Shown here one piece after another: positions 37,904 through 52,309 of a stretch of DNA of 64,000 bases. The notes beneath the pieces are model-generated. The model was not told the DNA's origin and ran no database searches. It saw only the letters and a program-made list of their open reading frames with translations. Source of the stretch: Octopus sinensis (lineage: Eukaryota). Every line of letters begins with the position of its first letter. Positions within the stretch are counted from its first letter, which is position 1. The DNA lies in the NCBI RefSeq assembly GCF_006345805.1, contig NC_043019.1, positions 1,116,001-1,180,000 of the forward strand, given 5' to 3'. Position numbers and translations under genes: made by a program.

Positions 37904-39548
37904 CCTCCAATGAAATAATATGAAAGATTATATCACTTATCAATTGATGAGTAATATTAGATTAGAAAAAAAATCATCTGAAATAATAATCCTTACAATA
38001 ATCATGAAGCAAAAGAGCTAAAACATGTTTCTCTATCGCTCTCTTTCTCTCGTCGCCCACTCACTTGGACGCATGCGCACAACACACACATGATGACAAC
38101 AATATGCGGAGAGAAAAAAAAATCAATTAAAAGATCTATGCAGTCGCTTAATTAAAAGCATACTAAACATGTCCTACTTGAATAAAATGATACTCGATAT
38201 TCTTAACCATAACGAAAGGATAAACTGAAAATGTATACTAGGTACCCACAAAATGATGGATTGATCATATTCGTAAAATAATCAAGAGGTTGCTTAATTA
38301 ATGTTCATCTTAATAAAGATTAGAATAATATCTAATATCTGGCAATGATAATGAAAATAGCCTTGAAGAAACATTCGGAAAACTTATGAAAAATATATAC
38401 ATCATGTATTGATATTTTGAATTCTAATTTTTCAACATCCATTCACAGCAAGAATTCCTAAATTTTATCTTATTTATATTAAAAGAGTTCCAGTAGATTA
38501 TAACCATAATTGACAAACAGTATGCGCCAATACCGAATCGCATGGAATTTTCTAAACCATTATCAATGCTTTTGTATTTAGTTACATACAATATAGTCAG
38601 TCCTAAAACGGACAAAAGAAAATCATAAACTAAATTCTTCCTCTCCCAAAGGATATTTGTTAATATATGACAGAAGGTGGCCGACACAGAATGTATTTAA
38701 GTCGGCTTTCAGCATGCTAGAAATACCAGTAAGAAATCTCTCTCCATACCCTCCTCTTTAAAATCACTTTACATTTTCTTAGATATATTAAGCTATGAAA
38801 ATGTAATGATATAACCATGTCTGAGAATGTTTGACCACAGCAAGGGTCGGTCACGTCTTGCTGGGGGTAAGTTACAAGAACAGTGTAGTTGAATGAAAGA
38901 AATATTGGAATTAGAGAGAGAAAGAAGTGGCAGTTACTTAAATTGACTATGCGAAAACTATTGCCAACGTGACATTTCCTTGGATACAAGAATACAAAAG
39001 TGTTGAGAAACGTTTAGCATTAATCTAATATTGTGGACATTCGTCAATCTCATTACACGCATGGGAATAAACTTCCAAAAATAAACATTAAAGATACTAC
39101 CAAAATTATTCCAATAAGTGGCAGAACTTTGCCGAGTGAAATATCTTCTGACAAGAATATGATATACGTGACAAAAGTTTCATTCAAGTGATTTACATGG
39201 ATGGCTTGACGCAGTTCATTACAAAGGAAGATGGCAGACGGCACAATGCATTTCGGAACTCTGAAAACTTTGAGAGAGAGACAAACAAATGTAGAATCAG
39301 CTCGATGTGATTTTGCATGGCGAAGCTAAATATATTACGAAGTATATATATAGAACCTCTATCTTCACTCCTTCATTCCGTATATATATATATATATATA
39401 TTTCTGTTTTACTTGTTTATATATTTCCATCTGTATGTAAATACGTATGCATATCTAGATTTACCTATTTCCCTCACTCTGTCGGTCGCTCTTTCTTTCT
39501 TTCTCTCTCTCTTTATAGATATATATATATATGTATATATGTATGTAT

Positions 39549-39596
<48 letters not shown>

Positions 39597-41479
39597 AAGG
39601 CACATATATATATATATATATATGTATGTATTATAGATATATATATACATGTATGCATATGCATATATTTATGTGTGTATATATATGTATGTGTGAGTGC
39701 GTGTGTGTGTCTGTGTGTGTGTTACTGGAGATAAGGTTTGGAAATTGTTATTGGACGAGAAACACACAACCTGAACTATACTCTTATGTCCAAACAATTA
39801 GACTTTCACTTTTGTTAACGTCATGCCAATTGTGCAGAAACTCTTGAATGTGACGATTATCTGCTTTTCTCATGCGCAGCTGGTCATAATTGCCACTTGG
39901 TAATTGTGATGTATGCTCTAGAGGCCGAAATAATTTTAATAAATCAGTAAATTGTTTTGTATGGTATTTAAAATACCTCAATTTATTTATGTTATTGAAA
40001 TACCCGCGTCTGGCCTCTTCGAGTTGTTTCTCTCGGAACATACTTGCTTAAGTTCAATATACTTCGACGTAAACAACAGAGATGGTTTGAATCGAGGCGA
40101 CATTTTGTAAGTGAACACAGAGAATTGTGCTCGCACAAGACAAAGTAATCATCTGCTTCATGTTGTTGTTGTGATATCCAACCTTAACATCACAAAGGGA
40201 GAATCATGAAATAAAATAAAATTATTTATCAAAATACGAAATCCATTTCAACTGTATAAAAATCATCCGCTACATCACGCTTAATAAAACAATAATTCGC
40301 CTGTAAAATATTTTCCGAATAGCTGTCTGTGTTTACGAAACCATGTTCTCTCTGATGTACGGTCTAAACTATTATGCTCAAGCTAACAAAAATAAGAAAA
40401 GCATATATGATCTACAAGAAAATTCTGACGAGCGCAACAGTAACTGCTTCTTTATAAAAGAGAACACATTGGAAACAAACAGAAGACAAGAGAAATTTTA
40501 AAGAAAGAAATGATATATGTTAAAAGCGTGAGATAAAATATGAAATACACATAACAGTTTCAAATAGTAATCATTGTATTTACAAATTATTATCTGATCA
40601 GTGAAAAGAGTAATCTACTTTAAAACCAGATTAAATAGAACTCCTAATATCTAATGCATTGAAGGTACTGAGCTGGAAGAATTGTTAGCACGCTGGCCAA
40701 AATGCTTAGCAGTATTTCATCCGTCTTTACAGAGTCGATAGAAGAAGTACCAGTGGAGCATTGGCGGCGATTTAATCGACATGGTACCCCTCCCCCAAAA
40801 GTGCTAGCTTTGCATCCGAATTTAAAACCATTATTTAATGGCTTATTCAGACGTAGAAAGGCAAAACTCCATGACTATTTCTAGGCCCTTTGAGACTAGT
40901 AAAGGAAAAGGAAAAGATTGAACTAAACTTAGACTTGATCCCCTCAGTCTTTTCAAATCATGTGAACTCAAGAAAGTACACCAGCAACAAAAAATGAAGA
41001 TTATAATGTGATTGGCATACTAAAAGTCGATTATTCAAATTTTGTTGGCCAAAGCAAGTGTCTTTAATGTACAAAAGTAAAGAAACTGAAATTGTGTAAA
41101 CTTGTATGAAAATATCGCGTGTAATATTCAAAACATATTTGGTTCTACTTTGGCGTCTGAGCTACAATTTACAGACTGATTGCTTTAGGTTACCTTTTTA
41201 CTTTGTTTTTCCATTTCCAAAATTCCTAAATATGTTGGCTCAAGGTTGTTTACAATAAATTCTTTTGAATAAACTTAGAATTGGAAATGTAATTTTTCAA
41301 AATTCTGACTATTTTACAATATTTCATTTATGTGTGAGTAAATAATAAAAAGAAACGAAGATTAAAGAATATGATAGTTAAGATAAGTGCATAGATCACA
41401 TGAGTTTGGCAACCGCGCGCGTTGCAACGTAAAGAAACTAAAAATTGACCTAACGTAATCGCCCTCGCATTTGTTGATC

Positions 41480-42375
41480 ACACGCCAAAGTAGCACCAAC
41501 TACTTAGTACCATGTCACAGGCTGCACATAAATTGACAGAAGGGGTAACAAAAAATCTCTCGTTTTCATGCTTCAGGCCATAATGCGTCGGCCATCCGAA
41601 TGTATAATACATACCACACACTGTCAACACAACTCTTAGGCTAGCATTACTGAAGCCATATGTTAAGATCCTCGAATGTTTGTTTTTTCTTTCACTCTGT
41701 CTCTGTTACTCTGCATTTCTCTTTTACCCTGTCTCATGCTTTCAATCTCTCTCTCTCTCTCTTTTGTTTGTTCCTTCTCAAGCCATGCCTGGCTCATAAG
41801 GGCCGGTTTCCCGGTTTCTTGGCGTATAGGTTCCCCACCTCGACGGGACGCCGGTCCATCGCAAGTGAGCTGCAAGATGCAGGAGAAAAGAGTGAGAGAA
41901 AGTTGTAGCGAAAGAGTCAGCAGAAGTTCGCCATTACCTTCTGCCGAAGCCGCGTGGAGCTTAGGTGTTTTCGCTCATAAACACACACATCGCCTGATCT
42001 GAGATTCGAACCCGCGATCCCTCGACCGCTTGTCTGATGCTCTAACCACTAGGCCATGTGCCTCCACAACACGCCAAAGTACCACCAACTAGTTAGTACC
42101 ATATCACAGGCTGCACATACATTGACAGAAGGAGTAACAAAAAAAATCCCTCGTTTTCATGCGTCCGGCCAAAAGGCGTCAGCCATCCGAATGTATAACA
42201 CATGACCATACACTGTCAATACAACTCTTAGGCTGTCATTACTGAAGCCATATGTTAGGATCCTCGAATATTTGTTTTTTTCTTTCACTCTGTTTCTGTT
42301 ACTCTGCATTTCTCTCTTTCTCTCTTACCCTCTCTCTGCTTTCACTCACACACACACACTCTCTCTCTCCCTCTC
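41480..42375. repeat. ~290-bp direct repeat pair flanking a minus-strand SINE C (41770-42066)
   Basis: acacgccaaagt...ctctgcatttctc at 41480-41760 and 42069-42375, roughly 85-90% similar by eye. Confidence 0.93.
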
Positions 42376-42710
42376 TTACTACTCACGCTTTTCCTCCTGT
42401 TATCTTGTTATCTCCGATTGATCAATAAAAAAGGATGATCTTTTATTTCATCTAGAATTTTCAGAATGTATTCACTTTTCTAAAAACTTCGATGTTTGTC
42501 ATTATCCAAATATCTGTGAAACTACTCTGGCATATCTCTGCAACACTGGAAGAAATTGTCTTTGTGATTATATTTGTGTACCACTACTGCTTTAGAAATG
42601 ATGCTGATTTGCTCACGTCTCTATAACTTAGCAGTTTGGGAAAAAGCGACCGAAATATAAGAAGAATTTTGTGGAAAAAATTGAAAGTCGGATTAGCTTG
42701 TTCGACTAAT

Positions 42711-42928
42711 CTGTTTCTTTATAGCCCACAAGGGGACAAACAAGAACAGACAAACGGATTAAGTCAATTACATCGACCCCAGTGCGTAATTGGTACTTAA
42801 TTAATCGACCCCGAAAGGATGAAACGCAAAGTCGACCTCGGCGGAATTTGAACTCAGAACGTAGCGACGGGCGAAATACCGCGAAGCACTTCGCCCGTCG
42901 TGCAAACGTTTCTACCAGCTCGCCGCCT
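42711..42928 (-). mobile_element. SINE A monomer
   Basis: 13-bp TSD ttgttcgactaat at 42698-42710 and 42929-42941. Confidence 0.92.
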
Positions 42929-43340
42929 TTGTTCGACTAATGATTGAACCCCTGAAGGCAGTATAATGACTGAAACACGTAAAAGATTTTTAAAATAATA
43001 GATTAACTTTTTTTTTTTCTGGAAGTGTCAGTATCTATACTATATTTACCAAATACGGATAAATCTCTGTGTGCACATGTGAAACGAATATATTTTATAT
43101 TTAACTACGTCTATAAAATTTTGTGTTGATACTAAATATCTTTCAATATTATTTTCTAATTTATTGCTGAACATAACTCTGATATACTATTACGTAATAT
43201 TTGCTACTCATAACTAACTTAATAGTTGGTGGTATCCTACGCAGGCTTACATATACTAGGCCATAAATATATCATTTATAATCGCACGCGTGGGCGACCA
43301 TGCGTAGTAACCACCGTTACGAAACTTTGATATATTTGCT

Positions 43341-43392
<52 letters not shown>

Positions 43393-43394
43393 GC

Positions 43395-43472
<78 letters not shown>

Positions 43473-44524
43473 GTGTGTGTGTTTGTGTATATATATATAT
43501 GTGCATATACATATATGTGTGTGTGTTGTATATAAATATATATATATATATATGTATATATATAATATATATATATATATATTATATATATATATATAAT
43601 ACATATACATATATGTGTGTGTGTTTGTATATAAATATATATATATATATATAATATATATATATTATATATATATATATATAATATATATGTATATATA
43701 TATATATATATGTATGTATATATATGTATATATAATATATATGTATGTATGTATGTATATTCATATATGTGTATCTCTTTGCCTCTGTGTGCGTTTAATA
43801 GTGTATGGATGTTTATATTTGTGTGGGTCTACGCATTTTAACTTCTACTGATTTTGTCAGGCTTCCTTCAAACCTTCAAAATATATATCAGTGAACGTAA
43901 GCTATGCAATATAATTCACGGTATCTTTCTATCTTATAAAGACCTATTAATGATAGCATCTAGGATGTTTCTTTGCTCATTGTAGACCAAGTATCTGCAT
44001 TTGAATGTATATATATATATATGGGTAATGGTTTTGTGTGGAGATAGCTTAGTCTTGACTGCTTGTGTACATCTTCTTTGTCCTCACTTGTAATATTTTT
44101 AAAAATAAAGTCACGTCCTAACTCCTATAGATCTTGGCATCGAAACCATTTTAGGTGTTAATGGTAGAACACCTGAGGCTTGGACAGGTAACACGCGGTA
44201 TCTTATCTGTTAATCCACTCCCTTGTTACAAGTATACTGATCTTGAGGGGATAAAATTTGATGTGGCGGGTTTTCAGCACAAAGTTCAATTTTGGGAAAG
44301 ATTCATAAAGGCCTTCTATGAAATATTCTGGCGAGTCTGCCAGTGGGCAAGGCTCTTCGTCTATAGTCCAGGGATGTCCAGTGCTTTGTGGACAAATTCG
44401 GTACAGAAAACTGTCTCGAAACACATCTTAAATACCTTACATACGTGTCTGTGTCTTTTTCCTTGTTTGACCCTCACACTTGACGACCATAGTTATGTGA
44501 TCGACAGAACTATTTCCAGATGTT

Positions 44525-44822
44525 GTTCGTTCTCGAGCCATGCCTGGCTCATAAGGGCCGGTTTCCCGGTTACCTTGACGTATAGGGTCCCCACCTGGAC
44601 AAGACGCCGGTCCGTCGCAGGTGAGCTGGAAGATGCAGGAGGAAAGAGTGAGAGAAAGTTGTGGCGAAAGTATCAGCAGAATTTCGCCATTACCTTCTGC
44701 CGGAGCCGCGTGGAGCTTAGGTATTTCGCTCATAAATACACACATCACTCGGTCTGAGATTCCAACCTGCGAACCCTCGACCGCGAGTCCGCTGCTCTAA
44801 CCACTAGGCCATGTGCCTCCAC
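44525..44822 (-). mobile_element. SINE family C, full length
   Basis: Head gtggaggcacatggcctagtggttagagcagcggactcgcggtcgaggg on the minus strand. Confidence 0.9.
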
Positions 44823-45065
44823 TAACCATTTTCAGAATGTAACATTTAATACAAGAGTCACTGTTTCCGACGAAAATTCTTCACAGATTTGCCCCAGCTT
44901 GGCAGCGGTCCTGTGACCGAGAAAGGTGAAAGATAATAAATAAATGAATAAGCAATAAGTGAAGTCAATTACCACTAGATATCACGTGCCGGAGAGAATA
45001 TTGACAGAATCCTTAGGCAGACGATTGAAATGCATTTTAGTATTTATGTTCGTACTTCACCTTCA

Positions 45066-45434
45066 TCAATATTTATAAAGCTGAAATGCGAAAAAGTTGT
45101 TTAATTTCTTGGTTATTTGTCTCATTTAGGGATGGGGTCGGAATGGCGTCAAAGTTTACACTGGGGGTAAAACAGAGTGGGCAATTGTGTGAGGAAGGTT
45201 GCAAGTCGCTCAGGGCTATCGTTTGGTTGCCATGGTGAGGAATATGGGAAAAACTGAGTTTTAAAGAAAATAAAGACGAAGAAAACATTTTTTAGATAAG
45301 AAAAAGATAAAGAAGAGGGCAATAAAAAGAACCAGGGAAAGAAGACGAACAAAAGAAGAAAGGGAAAAGGAGACAACACGCACATCACAACACCACCACC
45401 AAAACCCGAGCGAAGCACGGGTCAAAATAGCTAG
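45066..45434 (+). mobile_element. Non-autonomous Helitron-like element
   Basis: A|TC start, subterminal hairpin acccg-agcgaagca-cgggt, CTAG|T end. Confidence 0.7.
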
Positions 45435-47824
45435 TTTTTTTACTAAAAATGGTATAAAAATATTATGGTAGCGCTAACATATTTAATGCAGCGTATTTTA
45501 AAACATGTTTAAATGATAAGGAAAAGACAACATTCGGTTAATGACTAACTTGTTTCCTCTATCATTAAGTCTGCTGTGTCACAGTTAACCTGGGGGTTAA
45601 AGAAACAACAACTTGTCAAATATAATAAATATATAAAACCCATAGATTGTACTTGAGAAGATTTTTGTAATAATTCGATTTAGAAAATCTCCTCAGTGAA
45701 GCAGAAACATGAATGCATACGCTGCAGTGCTGATGACAGAATTACTTAGTAAATGCACATTTCGTACACGAATAGGCGAGATAAATTAGAATTTTTACTA
45801 AAAAATCAATAAGTATAATTAACTGTTTCTAGAGTTATAGCTTCGCAAATAAGATGAGCAACAACAATAAATACGATGTTGTTTTGCACATAAGCCTTAA
45901 AGATTAATGCATTTGATTTACCGAGTGCATTTTCCTCCAAGAATGGATTTTGCACTCGAAAATGACTGACATATCTGTGCTAGAGAAAGCAAAAGTAGTT
46001 ATATGATGCACAAAAAAATCACGTGTGATTAATATACCTTTTACATCTATTGTATATTAGAAGTTATCGAACTGTTATATACACAAATAAATGTTTTAAA
46101 AAATGGGATATCTAGAGTAAAATTAAGTTAAATGCAAAAATACAAGGCAGGAATCAAAATTTTAAGGAAAAATTCCTTAAAGAATTAAGTGTTTATTAAC
46201 GGAGTAGAATAATTGAAATTTCAAGGACGTTTTTAGATCAACACTTCACAAAGGATTTTCGGGTTGGAAGCGATATATACACATTGACAACTAATTAAAC
46301 GGTCACAGTAAAACAAAAAACATTAAAACCAATATTACAGTTAGAAGTTTTTAATCCAATATAAACATATAAAACAGTTCGGTGTTAGAATATAATATTA
46401 TATAACAAGGAAGTTTCTTCTAGGACACTAGGAAATAAAAGTAAAAATTCTGTTCAAATTTTTAAAGAATTTATAAATAGGTAATAATACTCAATATACA
46501 TCTAGCGTGCAAAAGCTCTATTCATCGTGGGTCAAAATGTTTTTTCAATAATTTTGTTATTTCAAGTACCAAGAACATAATGTATTTTATACACCAATTT
46601 CGTAACCGTTTAATATAGGAAGGAAAATCATTGCCTATGAGACCCTATATATTTGCGAGGCCTCCAGGGTTGGTAGAATGAAATGTAGAAGTTATGCTCA
46701 AATAAGGGACCTTGATCTAAATACTTGTGGCTGAGTTAAATACATTAATAGACCGAAAAGCAACATGTGACGTTTTACTGGAGGATGGGTTAAATCATAT
46801 ACAGCAGGAGACTGGGTTAGTTGGTAAATTATTATAACAGTCTTGACCTGTACTTCATGGTTTATCAACCTAGAAATCTCAAAGACAAAATTGAACTGTG
46901 TTCTGAGTTCAGAACACCGTGAGCTAGTATATTCGCCGTTATACATTTGCCAATGGATATGAGTTTGTTAATAAATGAGTGAATACTCTATGCCTGCGCA
47001 CCATAAGTACTTAAAGACTGAAATTATGGATTTAATATCTGAACGATGCTATACCTTAGACTTGAGATATTCCTATAATAATACAGGATAATGTTATTGA
47101 ATCACACTTTCACAGAAGAGGAGAAAACTTAGCCAACCAATCTATCAGCCCTATCCAACAGCTGGGAAAAGCTATAATAGGATGATATTCATTCAATACC
47201 TTACAGGAGAGAGGACGTGTATAATTGCGATTTTAGGCTGTTGTTGTTGTTGTTAACACATTAATAAGGGAAATTTTAGAAATAGCGCTCGAAATTTTTT
47301 ATATCGGTTATATTCATTTTCAAATATTTCTCTTCCAAATTTTTGAAGCTTATGCATTAATCTTTCATATTTAGCAAAGCAGCTCTTTATACGAAACGAC
47401 TTTTAATTGGATTGCTGGTTGAAAATTTATTATGCAGCTTCACAAACTTCATTTTAATGCTTGGGGTTCTTGAAAGATGCATGTAAATCATAGCTTAGTT
47501 AAAACATGAATACTATTAATGAAACGGAAATCTTTCTGTATAGTTTTTTCAATGAGTAATTAAAACATTTTATGGGAAATGCACCAGCGACATTTATTTT
47601 AGTTTCAATAAGAGATACACCTGTAATATTTTACTGCATTTGAAGTGAACAAGGAAGTCAAGATGTAATAAATATGATATAGTGTAATAGATAATATCCA
47701 ACACTAGGTTAGGCCTATGGCTCGTCAATCCACTACTTCCCAACTATTTGTGATCACAATCCATCGCCAGCTGATCAGACCTGTCATGACTTCACCATAT
47801 TATTCATTTTTGCTAGTTGTGTGC

Positions 47825-48270
47825 GTTTAAGTTAAGTTAATTTTTTGGCTCAAAAGGTAAAACGCAAGGCCATGTAGGGGGACATGGAGTTATGTACAGG
47901 GAGGGTGTTCATGCAAAGAGTTCAGGACATTTCTGGTCAAGAGAGACTTTGAACCGAGCGGTCGTCGGCATCTTCACTATTTCGTCCGGCAGCTTATTCC
48001 ACGGGTCCACAACCCGGACGGAGAAAGCCCCTTCTCCTTCGATTGAGATGAAATCGTCGCAGATAGAGCTTTTCGGAGTGACCCCGCAGCCGACGCTCTG
48101 GAGCAGGAGTGAAGAACAGCTCTTTCGAGGGGTTACACTTTCCGTTTATGATGTTGTGATCGAGAATCAGATCACCACGGCGTCGTCGTTTTTCTACAGA
48201 ATAAAGGTCGAGCGTCTTCAGCCTTTCTTCATAAGACAAATGCTTGAAACCAAGAACCATGCGTTTGAGT
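47825..48270 (-). mobile_element. 3' end of a CR1/Jockey-type LINE
   Basis: GFKHLSYEERLKTLDLYSVEKRRRRGDLI...RLRGHSEKL; short (TTAAC)n tail. Confidence 0.85.
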
Positions 48271-48844
48271 AACGTGAAATGTTGTCTTTTTGTGCAACAG
48301 CACAACGCATCGACAGATCCAGGAATCAAAACCACTCTCTTACGATCATGAGTCCAACACTCTAACTTTTAATCAACGCACTTCCACTGACAGTGTATAT
48401 ATAATAGCAGTGTATATATAATAACTGCTGTAATCCAAAGACGTTGGCGATTGCCATGAAAGTAAACTAAGACTCGATGATACACGGTTATCTTTGTGAT
48501 AAGAAATTCAAGAATTTTAATGGAAGACGTATACAGGAATCAACAAATACTTGTAATTTACAGGTTCATATAAGGGTAGAATATTACATAAAAGGAAAAT
48601 GGGTCACATAATCAGCTCCGAATGGATTTAATAGCAAATAGAAATTTCAGAGTTCAATGTTTATTAATGAGAAGTGGGAATCTTCGCTATGATAAGAGTT
48701 GAACCAGTAAAATTAAGGTAAAACGAACGCATCAAAGAGAAGATATATGAAAGAGTCTACAAAGAGACGGCTGCATTTTCTTGCTCAACATAACTGTTCG
48801 GTTGAAAGGGTTATTTAATTTGAATTTTAGCTGTTTGATTTAAT

Positions 48845-49345
48845 GGAAGAAGAAGAAGGAGAAGAAGAAGAAGGAGAAGAAGAAGAAGAAGTAGAAGAAG
48901 AAGAAGAAGAAGGAGAAGAAGAAGAGGAAGTAGAAGAAGAAGGAGAAGAGGTAAAGTAAAAGAAGTCAAGAAGAAGTAGAAGAAAAGAAAAAGAAGAAGA
49001 AGAAGAAATAAAGTAGAAGGAGAAGAAGTAGAAGGAGAAGAAGTAGAAGGAGAAGAAGTAGAAGAAAAAGAAGAAGAAGTAGAAGGAGAAGGAGAAGGAG
49101 AAGAGGTAGAAGAAAAGAAGAAGAAGAAGAAGAAAAGGTAGAAGAAAAAGAAGAAGAGAAGAAGAAGAAGAAGAGGTAGAATAAAAAGAAGTAGAAGATG
49201 AAGAAGAAAAGAAGAAGAAGAAGAAGAAGAAGAAGAAAGAAGATGAAAAAGAAAAAGAAGCAGAAGAAGAAGAAGAAGGAGAAAAGGAAGAAGAAAAGAA
49301 GAAGAAGAAGAAAAAGAAGAAGAAAGAAGAAGAAGAAGAAGAAAG

Positions 49346-49377
<32 letters not shown>

Positions 49378-49395
49378 GAAGAAGAAGGAAAAATA
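48845..49395. repeat. (GAA)n-rich purine tract
   Basis: Direct reading; source of the poly-K/E/L/S ORFs. Confidence 0.98.
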
Positions 49396-49897
49396 AAGTA
49401 ACATGTAGTACATTATATGCACGAAATTTACACGATTTCATGGCTTCATGCACTGGCGGATAAATTCAACTCAATATTCAAAATGCAAATAGAAGATTAG
49501 TAGTGCATGTGTGAGATCCGTGTATGAAAGGAAAATCACGGGTGAAATCGATGCAATATTAGGTATTTTTGGAACTAAATATTGAGATTTAATTGGCATC
49601 TTCTTAACGTAGAAACAATTGTAAACACTAATTATTGAAGTGTTATTGCTATCATTGAAAATGTAGTTAGCAAGTTAAGAATGTGTTACCAAGATAAATT
49701 AAGAACTGGCATCTTTCTTAGAAATCTTCGTGAAGTGTTTAATTAATTTGAAAACATTCATTTAAAATATGGCTATATGGTGCGCTAACAACTCTTGGGA
49801 ATCCTACTTGATACAAGGATTTCCAATTTTGGAACGGGGCCTTCGTTTTCCGGGAACGAGGTAAATCAATTACATTGAAACCCGTGCTCGAATGGTA

Positions 49898-50060
49898 CTG
49901 TAAATCCTCGAGTATAGTCCGCCCTTGAGTATAATACGCAGGGGATTTTTAGGGGGCTGTACCTCTGAAAAAACCTAAAGCTTGTGTATAATACGCACCC
50001 CTTCTCTAACTTGAGTCAAGGATGTCTACATAACCAACTTATATGTTATTCTATAGACAT
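49898..50060 (+). mobile_element. Left end of a Tc1/pogo-like MITE
   Basis: TA|ctgtaaatcctcgagtatagtccgc terminus, with internal gtataatacgca repeated. Confidence 0.55.
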
Positions 50061-50069
50061 TTACACAAA

Positions 50070-50128
<59 letters not shown>

Positions 50129-51998
50129 TATATATATATATATATGTATGTATGTATATATCTATATATATATATATATACTAAATGGCGGTGCCCCAGC
50201 ATGGCCACAGCTCATAAGCTGAAACTGGAAAAATCAAAAAATCAAAAATCATATATATATATATATATATATATTTAGGTCCAGGTGGAACTAACACAAT
50301 AGAATAGAGAGGAATAAAGTAAAACAAAACCAAATTAGAAAAGAAAAGAACAAATGAGTTGGGGAATTATTATTATTATTTCGGACTTAATCTTTGGAAT
50401 AAGATGAAATCAGTAAAATATTATCCATCATAGAAATACACTCCAGCTTCAAAATAATAAATTGGATTTTATATAAATTGAATTAGTTGGACAACAAAGC
50501 TGGGGAACTAACAACGGTGTTTCAATGATGAATTCCTTAGCAGCTGATATAGGTGGTATAAACAAGGTGCACATAAATGAAAATTGTTACAAGCAAGTAA
50601 AGAGAGTTTGTAAGAGAAAAGACAAGGAAGAGCCTGTGCATGAAAGATATAGTACAAACTGAAATGTAACTACAATGAAATATAACCTAAGAGACAGGTG
50701 AGAAATGCATTAAAAAGCGGGAATGACAAAATGGAATTAGAAATTTCAAATGTATCAAAGGAGGAGAAAAGAGAACAGAATCATGGCATTTCTAGTGCCA
50801 TGTAAGTATGGAGCGAAAAAATAACTAAGCCACAATGAAAACCAACAATTATTCAATATTAGAAACAGGTGTGGTTTTAGCAACACAAGACCTGTTCGCC
50901 GCTAGCATAAGGAAATAAAATATAAGTGAAAATGTAAAAAGATATTAGTTTTGATATATCAATTTAAAGTATGCATTCACAATTTCTCTTTACCCAGATC
51001 TGGAAAATTCTGTGAGAATATATATATATTATTAATTCAGCAGCTATTTTCAGTGAGTTACGAATCAACCGACACTTCGATCTGTGATGTAGCATTGGGT
51101 GTGTGAGATGAGCGCCCAGCCGAGTGCACCGGTTATGCATATGCATGTTTACTGCAGTCGGAGATATGTTACGCTTAAGGATGTGCTCTGCCACTTTAGC
51201 TATTGCATCTTGCAACCAAATTTCAGGGTACATCATTCACGTCGACTTGAAAAGTGAAATGAAGTGGTGTAGGTACGTCAGAAATAAATTCTAAGTCTAC
51301 GATCTAGATACTATAAAACGGAGCATCACTACCCATATACACTGTATACACTGTAGCATTATCCATACGTTGATTCTATTATCGCTCGGAGGATGATCGA
51401 GATACTATTAACGTACATGAAACATGAAATGTTACGAGGGTTATGAAACAGTATTACTAATAAATGGAACACTAGTTATGATAAAAAAATATTTGAATCA
51501 CATAGAAACGACAGATGTAACTACGAAATTTCTAGCTGGTGAAATCATACTAAATGTATCAGAAATCTACAGAAAAAAAAACGTTATACAATACAGAGAA
51601 CACAATTCCAGTAAAATTAGAGCCGACAATAACGCAATGTGCACAACTCACATTACACATTCTTACATAATGAACATCCAATACTATTATACCAACAATA
51701 TAAAAAAAAACATAGCATTGCACAAGCCCTCCATCCAGCAAAATAATACAACTCACACTAACATAATGCCAAAATAAAAATATATATGAAGATAAAGCTC
51801 TTTAGCTCAGGGAATCAGAGCGCTACGCCATGCAAACTCAGCGCTAACCACGCAACGGTGACGTTGCAAAACCTGAAGATTCCTATTACCTGACAAATGA
51901 TGGCTTATTATGAAACTGGTTGAGATTTTAGAGAGTCAAGGAAGAGAAAATAGTAATGTGCACCAACCTTAGAATACAACCAATATATAACAAAACTT

Positions 51999-52300
51999 GT
52001 GGAGGCACATGGCCTAGTCGTTAGAGCAGCGGACTCGCGGTCGAGGTATCACGGGTTCGAATCCCAGACCGGGTGATGTGTGTGTTTATGAGCGAAACAC
52101 CTAAGTTCGACGCGGCTCCGGCGGAAGGTAACGGCGAAACTTCTGCTGACTCTTTCGCCACAACTTTCTCTCATTCTTTCCTACTGCATCTTGCAGCTTA
52201 CCTGCGACGGACCGGCGTCCCGTCCAGGCGAGGAACCTTTACGCCAAGAAACCGGGAAACCGGCCCTTATGAGCCAGGCATGGCTCGAGAAGGAACAACC
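51999..52300 (+). mobile_element. SINE family C, full length
   Basis: Same head as 44525-44822; approximate TSD ataacaaaa(a)ctt. Confidence 0.9.
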
Positions 52301-52309
52301 ATAACAAAA

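Noticed and set aside
38781-38865. Plus-strand exon ending at gggg|gtaagt
   Set aside because: Good splice signals but no open frame across it; such signals arise by chance in 64 kb.
43285-43330. Hammerhead at gtaac-cacc-gttac-GAAAC
   Set aside because: Stem II and GAAAC are present, but there is no CUGANGA and no stem I.
44155-44420. 200-aa ORF 44155-44757
   Set aside because: Half of it is antisense SINE C; the remainder may be a Gypsy RT scrap on the minus strand but is too degenerate to call.
50964-51236. 90-aa minus-strand ORF in unique DNA
   Set aside because: No recognisable motif, it ends in a TA repeat, and its length is within chance expectation.
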